NCBI GenBank assembly: GCA_040954595.2
Contig: CM082593.2
Location: forward strand, 6,980,043-7,044,042
Reading direction: 5' to 3'
Length of the DNA stretch: 64,000 nucleotides
From: Balanoglossus misakiensis
Lineage: Eukaryota; Animalia; Hemichordata
The translations under genes and the position numbers were made by a program. Numbering within the stretch: the first letter of the stretch is position 1; each line of letters opens with the position of its first letter. A model generated the notes under the pieces. That model ran no database searches, was not told the DNA's origin, and saw only the letters and a list, made by a program, of their open reading frames with translations. Shown piece by piece: positions 1-10,860 of this stretch.

Positions 1-3000
1 GGGTTATAGCCCATGAAAATCATCCAAAATTGACGATTTTTCGACTTTGCGAGATATCAAAATTTCTTCATTTTTTTGAAAAAATCATGGGTTATAGCCC
101 ATGAAAATCATCCAAAAATGACGATTTTTCAACTTTGCGAGATATGAAAATTTCTTCATTTTTTTGAAAAAATCATGGGTTATAGCCCATGAAAATCATC
201 CAAAAATGACGATTTTTCCACTTTGCGACATATCAAAATTTCTTCATTTTTTTGAAAAAATCATGGGTTATAGCCCATGAAAATCATCCAAAATTGACGA
301 TTTTTCGACTTTGCGACATATCAAAATTTCTTCATTTTTTTGAAAAAATCATGGGTTATAGCCCATGAAAATCATCCAAAAATGACGATTTTTCCACTTT
401 GCGAGATATCAAAATTTCTTCATTGTTTTGAAAAAATCATGGGTTATAGCCCATGAAAATCATCCAAAATTGACGATTTTTCGACTTTGCGAGATATCAA
501 AATTTCTTCATTTTTTTGAAAAAATCATGGGTTATAGCCCATGAAAATCATCCAAAATTGACGATTTTTCCACTTTGCGAGATATCAAAATTTCTTCATT
601 TTTTTGAAAAAATCATGGGTTATAGCCCATGAAAATCATCCAAAAATGACGATTTTTCCACTTTGCGAGATATCAAAATTTCTTCATTTTTTTGAAAAAA
701 TCATGGGTTATAGCCCATGAAAATCATCCAAAAATGACGATTTTTCCACTTTGCGAGATATCAAAATTTCTTCATTTTTTGAAAAAATCATGGGTTATAG
801 CCCATGAAAATCATCCAAAAATGACGATTTTTCCACTTTGCGAGATATCAAAATTTCTTCATTTTTTTGAAAAAATCATGGGTTATAGCCCATGAAAATC
901 ATCCAAAATTGACGATTTTTCCACTTTGCGAGATATCAAAATTTCTTCATTTTTTTGAAAAAATCATGGGTTATAGCCCATGAAAATCATCCAAAAATGA
1001 CGATTTTTCCACTTTGCGAGATATCAAAATTTCTTCATTTTTTTGAAAAAATCATGGGTTATAGCCCATGAAAATCATCCAAAAATGACGATTTTTCCAC
1101 TTTGCGAGATATCAAAATTTCTTCATTTTTTTGAAAAAATCATGGGTTATAGCCCATGAAAATCATCCAAAAATGACGATTTTTCCACTTTGCGAGATAT
1201 CAAAATTTCTTCATTTTTTTGAAAAAATCATGGGTTATAGCCCATGAAAATCATCCAAAAATGACGATTTTTCGACTTTGCGAGATATCAAAATTTCTTC
1301 ATTTTTTTGAAAAAATCATGGGTTATAGCCCATGAAAATCATCCAAAAATGACGATTTTTCCACTTTGCGAGATATCAAAATTTCTTCATTTTTTTGAAA
1401 AAATCATGGGTTATAGCCCATGAAAATCATCCAAAAATGACGATTTTTCGACTTTGCGAGATATCAAAATTTCTTCATTTTTTTGAAAAAATCATGGGTT
1501 ATAGCCCATGAAAATCATCCAAAAATGACGATTTTTCCACTTTGCGAGATATCAAAATTTCTTCATTTTTTTGAAAAAATCATGGGTTATAGCCCATGAA
1601 AATCATCCAAAAATGACGATTTTTCGACTTTGCGAGATATCAAAATTTCTTCATTTTTTTGAAAAAATCATGGGTTATAGCCCATGAAAATCATCCAAAA
1701 ATGACGATTTTTCGACTTTGCGAGATATCAAAATTTCTTCATTTTTTTGAAAAAATCATGGGTTATAGCCCATGAAAATCATCCAAAAATGACGATTTTT
1801 CGACTTTGCGAGATATCAAAATTTCTTCATTTTTTTGAAAAAATCATGGGTTATAGCCCATGAAAATCATCCAAAATTGACGATTTTTCGACTTTGCGAG
1901 ATATCAAAATTTCTTCATTTTTTTGAAAAAATCATGGGTTATAGCCCATGAAAATCATCCAAAAATGACCATTTTTCGACTTTGCGAGATATCAAAATTT
2001 CTTCATTTTTTTGAAAAAATCATGGGTTATAGCCCATGAAAATCATCCAAAAATGACGATTTTTCCACTTTGCGAGATATCAAAATTTCTTCATTTTTTT
2101 GAAAAAATCATGGGTTATAGCCCATGAAAATCATCCAAAATTGACGATTTTTCGACTTTGCGAGATATCAAAATTTCTTCATTTTTTTGAAAAAATCATG
2201 GGTTATAGCCCATGAAAATCATCCAAAAATGACGATTTTTCCACTTTGCGAGATATCAAAATTTCTTCATTTTTTTGAAAAAATCATGGGTTATAGCCCA
2301 TGAAAATCATCCAAAAATGACGATTTTTCGACTTTGCGAGATATCAAAATTTCTTCATTTTTTTGAAAAAATCATGGGTTATAGCCCATGAAAATCATCC
2401 AAAATTGACGATTTTTCGACTTTGCGAGATATCAAAATTTCTTCATTTTTTTGAAAAAATCATGGGTTATAGCCCATGAAAATCATCCAAAATTGACGAT
2501 TTTTCGACTTTGCGAGATATCAAAATTTCTTCATTTTTTTGAAAAAATCATGGGTTATAGCCCATGAAAATCATCCAAAATTGACGATTTTTCGACTTTG
2601 CGAGATATCAAAATTTCTTCATTTTTTTGAAAAAATCATGGGTTATAGCCCATGAAAATCATCCAAAATTGACGATTTTTCGACTTTGCGAGATATCAAA
2701 ATTTCTTCATTTTTTTGAAAAAATCATGGGTTATAGCCCATGAAAATCATCCAAAATTGACGATTTTTCGACTTTGCGAGATATCAAAATTTCTTCATTT
2801 TTTTGAAAAAATCATGGGTTATAGCCCATGAAAATCATCCAAAAATGACGATTTTTCGACTTTGCGAGATATCAAAATTTCTTCATTTTTTGAAAAAATC
2901 ATGGGTTATAGCCCATGAAAATCATCCAAAAATGACCATTTTTCGACTTTGCGAGATATCAAAATTTCTTCATTTTTTTGAAAAAATCATGGGTTATAGC

Positions 3001-6000
3001 CCATGAAAATCATCCAAAAATGACGATTTTTCGACTTTGCGAGATATCAAAATTTCTTCATTTTTTTGAAAAAATCATGGGTTATAGCCCATGAAAATCA
3101 TCCAAAAATGACGATTTTTCGACTTTGCGAGATATCAAAATTTCTTCATTTTTTTGAAAAAATCATGGGTTATAGCCCATGAAAATCATCCAAAAATGAC
3201 GATTTTTCCACTTTGCGAGGTATAAAAATTTCTTCATTTTTTTGAAAAAATCATGGGTTATAGCCCATGAAAATCATCCAAAAATGACGATTTTTCCACT
3301 TTGCGAGATATAAAAATTTCTTCATTTTTTTGAAAAAATCATGGGTTATAGCCCATGAAAATCATCCAAAATTGTCGATTTTTCCACTTTGCGAGATATC
3401 AAAATTTCTTCATTTTTTTGAAAAAATCATGGGTTATAGCCCATGAAAATCATCCAAAAATGACGATTTTTCCACTTTGCGAGATATCAAAATTTCTTTA
3501 TTTTTTTGAAAAAATCATGGGTTATAGCCCATGAAAATCATCCAAAAATGACGATTTTTCCACTTTGCGAGATATCAAAATTTCTTCATTTTTTTGAAAA
3601 AATCATGGGTATAGCCCATGAAAATCATCCAAAAATGACGATTTTTCCACTTTGCGAGATATCAAAATTTCTTCATTGTTTTGAAAAAATCATGGGTTAT
3701 AGCCCATGAAAATCATCCAAAAATGACGATTTTTCGACTTTGCGAGATATCAAAATTTCTTCATTTTTTGAAAAAATCATGGGTTATAGCCCATGAAAAT
3801 CATCCAAAAATGACCATTTTTCGACTTTGCGAGATATCAAAATTTTTTCATTTTTTTGAAAAAATCATGGGTTATAGCCCATGAAAATCATCCAAAAATG
3901 ACGATTTTTCGACTTTGCGAGATATCAAAATTTCTTCATTTTTTTGAAAAAATCATGGGTTATAGCCCATGAAAATCATCCAAAAATGACGATTTTTCGA
4001 CTTTGCGAGATATCAAAATTTCTTCATTTTTTTCAAAAAATCATGGGTTATAGCCCATGAAAATCATCCAAAAATGACGATTTTTCCACTTTGCGAGGTA
4101 TAAAAATTTCTTCATTTTTTTGAAAAAATCATGGGTTATAGCCAATGAAAATCATCCAAAAATGACGATTTTTCCACTTTGCGAGATATCAAAATTTCTT
4201 CATTTTTTTGAAAAAATCATGGGTTATAGCCCATGAAAATCATCCAAAAATGACGATTTTTCAACTTTGCGAGATATGAAAATTTCTTCATTTTTTTGAA
4301 AAAATCATGGGTTATAGCCCATGAAAATCATCCAAAAATGACGATTTTTCCACTTTGCGAGATATCAAAATTTCTTCATTTTTTTGAAAAAATCATGGGT
4401 TATAGCCCATGAAAATCATCCAAAATTGACGATTTTTCGACTTTGCGACATATCAAAATTTCTTCATTTTTTTGAAAAAATCATGGGTTATAGCCCATGA
4501 AAATCATCCAAAAATGACTATTTTTCCACTTTGCGAGATATCAAAATTTCTTCATTGTTTTGAAAAAATCATGGGTTATAGCCCATGAAAATCATCCAAA
4601 ATTGACGATTTTTCGACTTTGCGAGATATCAAAATTTCTTCATTGTTTTGAAAAAATCATGGGTTATAGCCCATGAAAATCATCCAAAATTGACGATTTT
4701 TCGACTTTGCGAGATATCAAAATTTCTTCATTTTTTTGAAAAAATCATGGGTTATAGCCCATGAAAATCATCCAAAATTGACGATTTTTCGACTTTGCGA
4801 GATATCAAAATTTCTTCATTTTTTTGAAAAAATCATGGGTTATAGCCCATGAAAATCATCCAAAATTGACGATTTTTCGACTTTGCGAGATATCAAAATT
4901 TCTTCATTTTTTTGAAAAAATCATGGGTTATAGCCCATGAAAATCATCCAAAATTGACGATTTTTCGACTTTGCGAGATATCAAAATTTCTTCATTTTTT
5001 TGAAAAAATCATGGGTTATAGCCCATGAAAATCATCCAAAAATGACGATTTTTCCACTTTGCGAGATATCAAAATTTCTTCATTTTTTGAAAAAATCAAG
5101 GGTTATAGCCCATGAAAATCATCCAAAAATGACGATTTTTCCACTTTGCGAGATATCAAAATTTCTTCATTTTTTGAAAAAATCATGGGTTATAGCCCAC
5201 GAAAATCATCCAAAAATGACGATTTTTCGACTTTGCGAGATATCAAAATTTCTTCATTTTTTTGAAAAAATCATGGGTTATAGCCCACGAAAATCATCCA
5301 AAAATGACGATTTTTCGACTTTGCGAGATATCAAAATTTCTTCATTTTTTTGAAAAAATCATGGGTTATAGCCCATGAAAATCATCCAAAAATGACGATT
5401 TTTCCACTTTGCGAGATATCAAAATTTCTTCATTTTTTTGAAAAAATCATGGGTTATAGCCCATGAAAATCATCCAAAAATGACGATTTTTCCACTTTGC
5501 GAGATATCAAAATTTATTCATTTTTTTGAAAAAATCATGGGTTATAGCCCATGAAAATCATCCAAAAATGACGATTTTTCCACTTTGCGAGATATCAAAA
5601 TTTATTCATTTTTTTGAAAAAATCATGGGTTATAGCCCATGAAAATCATCCAAAAATGACGATTTTTCCACTTTGCGAGATATCAAAATTTATTCATTTT
5701 TTTGAAAAAATCATGGGTTATAGCCCATGAAAATCATCCAAAAATGACGATTTTTCCACTTTGCGAGATATCAAAATTTCTTCATTTTTTTGAAAAAATC
5801 ATGGGTTATAGCCCATGAAAATCATCCAAAAATGACGATTTTTCCACTTTGCGAGATATCAAAATTTCTTCATTTTTTTGAAAAAATCATGGGTTATAGC
5901 CCATGAAAATCATCCAAAAATGACGATTTTTCGACTTTGCGAGATATCAAAATTTCTTCATTTTTTTGAAAAAATCATGGGTTATAGCCCATGAAAATCA

Positions 6001-7895
6001 TCCAAAAATGACGATTTTTCCACTTTGCGAGATATCAAAATTTCTTCATTTTTTTGAAAAAATCATGGGTTATAGCCCATGAAAATCATCCAAAAATGAC
6101 GATTTTTCGACTTTGCGAGATATCAAAATTTCTTCATTTTTTTGAAAAAATCATGGGTTATAGCCCATGAAAATCATCCAAAAATGACGATTTTTCCACT
6201 TTGCGAGATATCAAAATTTCTTCATTTTTTTGAAAAAATTATGGGTTATAGCCCATGAAAATCATCCAAAAATGACGATTTTTCCACTTTGCGAGATATC
6301 AAAATTTATTCATTTTTTTGAAAAAATCATGGGTTATAGCCCATGAAAATCATCCAAAAATGACGATTTTTCCACTTTGCGAGATATCAAAATTTATTCA
6401 TTTTTTTGAAAAAATCATGGGTTATATCCCATGAAAATCATCCAAAAATGACGATTTTTCGACTTTGCGAGATATCAAAATTTATTCATATTTTTGAAAA
6501 AATCATGGGTTATAGCCCATGAAAATCATCCAAAAATGACGATTTTTCCACTTTGCGAGATATCAAAATTTCTTCATTTTTTTGAAAAAATCATGGGTTA
6601 TAGCCCATGAAAATCATCCAAAATTGACGATTTTTCCACTTTGCGAGATATCAAAATTTCTTCATTTTTTTGAAAAAATCATGGGTTATAGCCCATGAAA
6701 ATCATCCAAAATTGACGATTTTTCCACTTTGCGAGATATCAAAATTTCTTCATTTTTTTGAAAAAATCATGGGTTATAGCCCATGAAAATCATCCAAAAT
6801 TGACGATTTTTCCACTTTGCGAGATATCAAAATTTCTTCATTTTTTTGAAAAAATCATGGGTTATAGCCCATGAAAATCATCCAAAATTGACGATTTTTC
6901 CACTTTGCGAGATATCAAAATTTCTTCATTTTTTTGAAAAAATCATGGGTTATAGCCCATGAAAATCATCCAAAATTGACGATTTTTCCACTTTGCGAGA
7001 TATCAAAATTTCTTCATTTTTTTGAAAAAATCATGGGTTATAGCCCATGAAAATCATCCAAAATTGACGATTTTTCCACTTTGCGAGATATCAAAATTTC
7101 TTCATTTTTTTGAAAAAATCATGGGTTATAGCCCATGAAAATCATCCAAAAATGACGATTTTTCCACTTTGCGAGATATCAAAATTTCTTCATTTTTTTG
7201 AAAAAATCATGGGTTATAGCCCATGAAAATCATCCAAAATTGACGATTTTTCCACTTTGCGAGATATCAAAATTTCTTCATTTTTTTGAAAAAATCATGG
7301 GTTATAGCCCATGAAAATCATCCAAAATTGACGATTTTTCCACTTTGCGAGATATCAAAATTTCTTCATTTTTTTGAAAAAATCATGGGTTATAGCCCAT
7401 GAAAATCATCCAAAATTGACGATTTTTCCACTTTGCGAGATATCAAAATTTCTTCATTTTTTTGAAAAAATCATGGGTTATAGCCCATGAAAATCATCCA
7501 AAATTGACGATTTTTCCACTTTGCGAGATATCAAAATTTCTTCATTTTTTTGAAAAAATCATGGGTTATAGCCCATGAAAATCATCCAAAATTGACGATT
7601 TTTCCACTTTGCGAGATATCAAAATTTCTTCATTTTTTTGAAAAAATCATGGGTTATAGCCCATGAAAATCATCCAAAATTGACGATTTTTCCACTTTGC
7701 GAGATATCAAAATTTCTTCATTTTTTTGAAAAAATCATGGGTTATAGCCCATGAAAATCATCCAAAATTGACGATTTTTCCACTTTCCGAAAGATCAAAA
7801 TTTCTTCATTTTTTTGAAAAAATCATGGGTTATAGCCCATGAAAATCATCCAAAAATGACGATTTTTCGACTTTCCGAAAGATCAAAATTTCTTA
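1..7895. repeat. 88-bp tandem satellite array, ~90 copies, runs off the left edge
   Basis: Unit gggttatagcccatgaaaatcatccaaaa(a/t)tgacgatttttc(g/c)actttgcgagatatcaaaatttcttcatttttttgaaaaaatcat recurs every 88 bp with few variant sites; ends abruptly at ~7895. Confidence 0.98.
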
Positions 7896-8106
7896 TATAA
7901 CTCATATATGTTCGGAAGAAGCCCCTCCACGGCGACAGAGTGGTTCTGTAAGGGACAAAATACGTCCCAAGAAGCACGTCCACCAACCGCGTGCTTCTAA
8001 GAAGAATGTCTGAAAATGACAAAATCACCATGTCAAGAATTCCATTCATACTTTTCTTTTAAATTAAGAAATCAGCACGTAAACATTTTGCCAAAAATTG
8101 TTCATT

Positions 8107-8112
8107 TTTATT
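8107..8112 (-). terminator. Candidate polyadenylation signal (AATAAA) of the kelch gene; further copies at 8188-8197
   Basis: tttatt on + strand in AT-rich sequence ~2.6 kb downstream of the kelch stop; no transcript evidence. Confidence 0.35.
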
Positions 8113-8480
8113 CAATAAATAGTTACAATTAAAACGTCTGTTTTACATGCATACTTTATATATCTATATGCTTTTATCTGGCATAAATTTATTTATTTCA
8201 CCGCACCATCATTTCTCATGGTGTGCAGACTTCAAGCACAAAAAATAACTAATGCAATAATATGAAAGTACCAGTGGATTAAAAGTACTCTGATATAAGA
8301 CATTGATTATAGTTTAATTTTGTGTAATGCAATCAACTGTCCTGCACAGAGGATAGAATCACATTGATGACATAATTTTTGGTCAATGGTAGAAATTCCT
8401 TCAGAGAAGTTGTCAAGTTTTCGGGCACAACAATATGCCATGCTGAAAAATTACATACCAGAATTGATGTGGTCGATAGT

Positions 8481-8496
8481 CGCCACTAGAGGGCGC
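8481..8496 (+). promoter_or_regulatory. CTCF-like binding motif CGCCACTAGAGGGCGC
   Basis: Matches the bilaterian CTCF core CCACYAGRGGGCGC; isolated GC-rich motif in AT-rich DNA. Confidence 0.6.
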
Positions 8497-9560
8497 CGTT
8501 AGGACAGCACCTGCCATATAAAATGCCAATATAAATGCAATGGGCTCAAATATTATCAGCTATGTGATAATCAGTATTTTATCTGGCAGTCTATCACACA
8601 GCAAATATAATTGAATAAAGTTTAGCAACTGTTTCCAAGTGGCAAAAATAATTCACTAATAACCCTATTTACATTTCCATACTGTCTCCATATAATTTAC
8701 ACAAGCCTGGCCCGTACAACTGCGTTCTCAGATTATTTTGTGACCACACATGTTGAAAATGCAAATTCGCTCATTCTTTCATCATTTCTTTCAGTCAAAC
8801 AAAGCTGCATAACAGAATAACAGACAACAGGAAATCTCAGAAATCGAAAGTTTAAATAAATATGTAACTAAAGTTGGCACACAATAAAAATATGTGTCTT
8901 CACGATAAATAGAAAGAGTCTGTCAGTGTTAGCCGTTATCACTGCCCTGTGTACGACTTGTCTAAAGGCATCTCCAATTGCCAGCAAAACTGTTCACATT
9001 CGTCCAGTTTTCCACACCCTGTACATCAAAACCCAAGCAACTTCCTAACAAATGCCCAAGGGAAATAATTTAAGGAAAAGAAAAAAACGTTTCAGTTGCC
9101 CGTAACCATAGCCACCACATCCCCCCCCCCCCCCCACTGCAACAGCTGGAGTAGGTAATTCGACCCCTGTCATGTCAATGGTGCGAGCCAGATGGTACAA
9201 ATATACAATAGCATGGGTTACCACAATACAGAACAGAGGGGTGTCAAGTCTCTGTCACAAAAGATTCGAAACCCAAAAATGGTATCACAAACCACTATTC
9301 AAAACACATGACCAAATATCTGTTGGTGAATAGTAAAGTTTCCATGGAGATAATTTTCTTAATATATTTAAATATATACAATGTACTAGTATTGAAATAC
9401 TTTCTAATACTGTCTGGATTATACACAAGGTGATATTTTTTACAAAAAATATTGATTGAAATGACATGACTATGCTAACGAAGTCCTTCATATCACATTG
9501 ATGCAAACACTAAAATACATGTACTATTGTACCTTTTCAGGTTTCCAGCATTGTTGTTAC

Positions 9561-9919
9561 TTTAAAGGGACAAAGTCTCTCTCTCGCTGCCCTTTTTCTA
9601 TTAATTATGTTTGATACAAGACACAGTTTATGTTAGTCTACATGTTGATATATAGTGAATCAATGTTCAACCACACACAACTTCTATCTCATTTGAAGAC
9701 ACGAGAGTGAAAAAACTCGGCAAAATGAATAATCGGTGTTTACCATTTATTCATTTTGGCGAGATTTTTACTCTCATATCCTACAATCGGGATGGAATTT
9801 GTGTGTGGTCGAACGTTGATTCACTACATATACACATGTACATTAACATAAACAGTGTCTTGTATCAATCATAATTAATGGAAAAAAGGGCAGCGAGAGA
9901 GAGACTTTGTCCCTTTAAA
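9561..9919. mobile_element. Foldback MITE (~360 bp, palindromic along its length), TTAA-flanked, Kolobok-like termini
   Basis: ttaa-AGGGACAAAGTCTCTCTCTCGCTGCCCTTTTT ... AAAAAGGGCAGCGAGAGAGAGACTTTGTCCCT-ttaa; arms remain complementary up to a short central loop near 9740. Confidence 0.85.
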
Positions 9920-10606
9920 ATAAAATATGGTAAAAACTGAAATGAGAATCTATAAGAAGGAGGCGATGTTCACAATTGACAAAGGAAATACAGTGTTTAA
10001 CATGTAAGAACTGAAAAAGATCTGCAATAAAACATTTCTTGTCCGCTCCACTGTGGGTGAAGTCTCGTATTTCAGATGCCATCACAACAAATAACTTACT
10101 ATCGCATTTTGGCTTATAGGTGCACCATCCCACCCTATTCTGTACTGCAGTTTGGTTCGGTCCTGTCAGCTTCCATGGCGAAGTTGGACCTGCACATTTG
10201 GGGAATGGGGACCAGAGGGTTTCGCTTGTGCCCTGGGTTATTGCTATGCATTTATTTACACTCCAAAGTGGACAATGTTGTGTCTCTACATGACAATGTC
10301 AGATTGTTGTCATCATCGACCCCTCAGGGATATCCATCCATCTGTCTGTTAGGATATTATGCTCGCTGTCCATCTATCTGTACAAGCGCGGGTATTTGCC
10401 AGAATATGCAGGATGATAAATACAAACATGCAACATCACGTGCTAAGCAGCGGTGCACATATCTCAAGAGTTAACCACAGGTCGATGTTTCGCGTCTTGG
10501 TGAAAGTGGGCAAGTTGCTCAGAGATTTGCTGCACGCCCCTTCCGTGGCTGAAACCCTGAACACAAAACTGCACAGTCAATCACGTCCACACAACACTCA
10601 AACACA

Positions 10607-10687
10607 TCAGACCGCAGTGTTCTCCATGCGACGCGTGATCGACTGGCACGACTGGCAAGCCTCGTTCTCCTCCTCATCCATGTCTAG
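10607..10687 (-). CDS. Putative stop-codon-readthrough extension of kelch (LDMDEEENEACQSCQSITRRMENTAV*)
   Basis: TCC-TGA-CTA-G context; 26 in-frame GC-rich codons to a second TGA at 10609-10607. Confidence 0.6.
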   Translation of the reverse strand, partial: LDMDEEENEACQSCQSITRRMENTAV

Positions 10688-10860
10688 TCAGGAGGGCTTG
10701 TCGATGACCGCAACTCCAGAGTAACTCCTTCCGGTCGTCATACAGGAGGGAAGTAGTATCCACGTGTCCGTGCGCGGGTTGTAACACTCGACAGACGCAA
10801 GGTTGGATGTGCCGTCGTCCCCGCCAACGACGTACAACAGACCATTCACAGTACAAACAC
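10688..10860 (-). CDS. KLHL2/3: kelch last coding exon (Kelch repeat 6, ..GVAVIDKPS*)
   Basis: tttcag acceptor; TGA at 10690-10688. Confidence 0.93.

Noticed and set aside
1-7895. CRISPR-like array or repeated small ORFs (MKKSWVIAHENHPK..)
   Set aside because: Units are contiguous with no unique spacers and no cas genes; ORFs use TTG starts and arise from single-base indels in the satellite.
10688-10690. Kelch UGA as a selenocysteine codon
   Set aside because: I could not identify a SECIS element by eye, and the CUAG context points to near-cognate readthrough; a SECISearch run would settle it.
10076-10724. Plus-strand ORFs of 132 and 121 aa
   Set aside because: Antisense to the kelch 3' UTR/last exon, no recognisable domain or splice structure.
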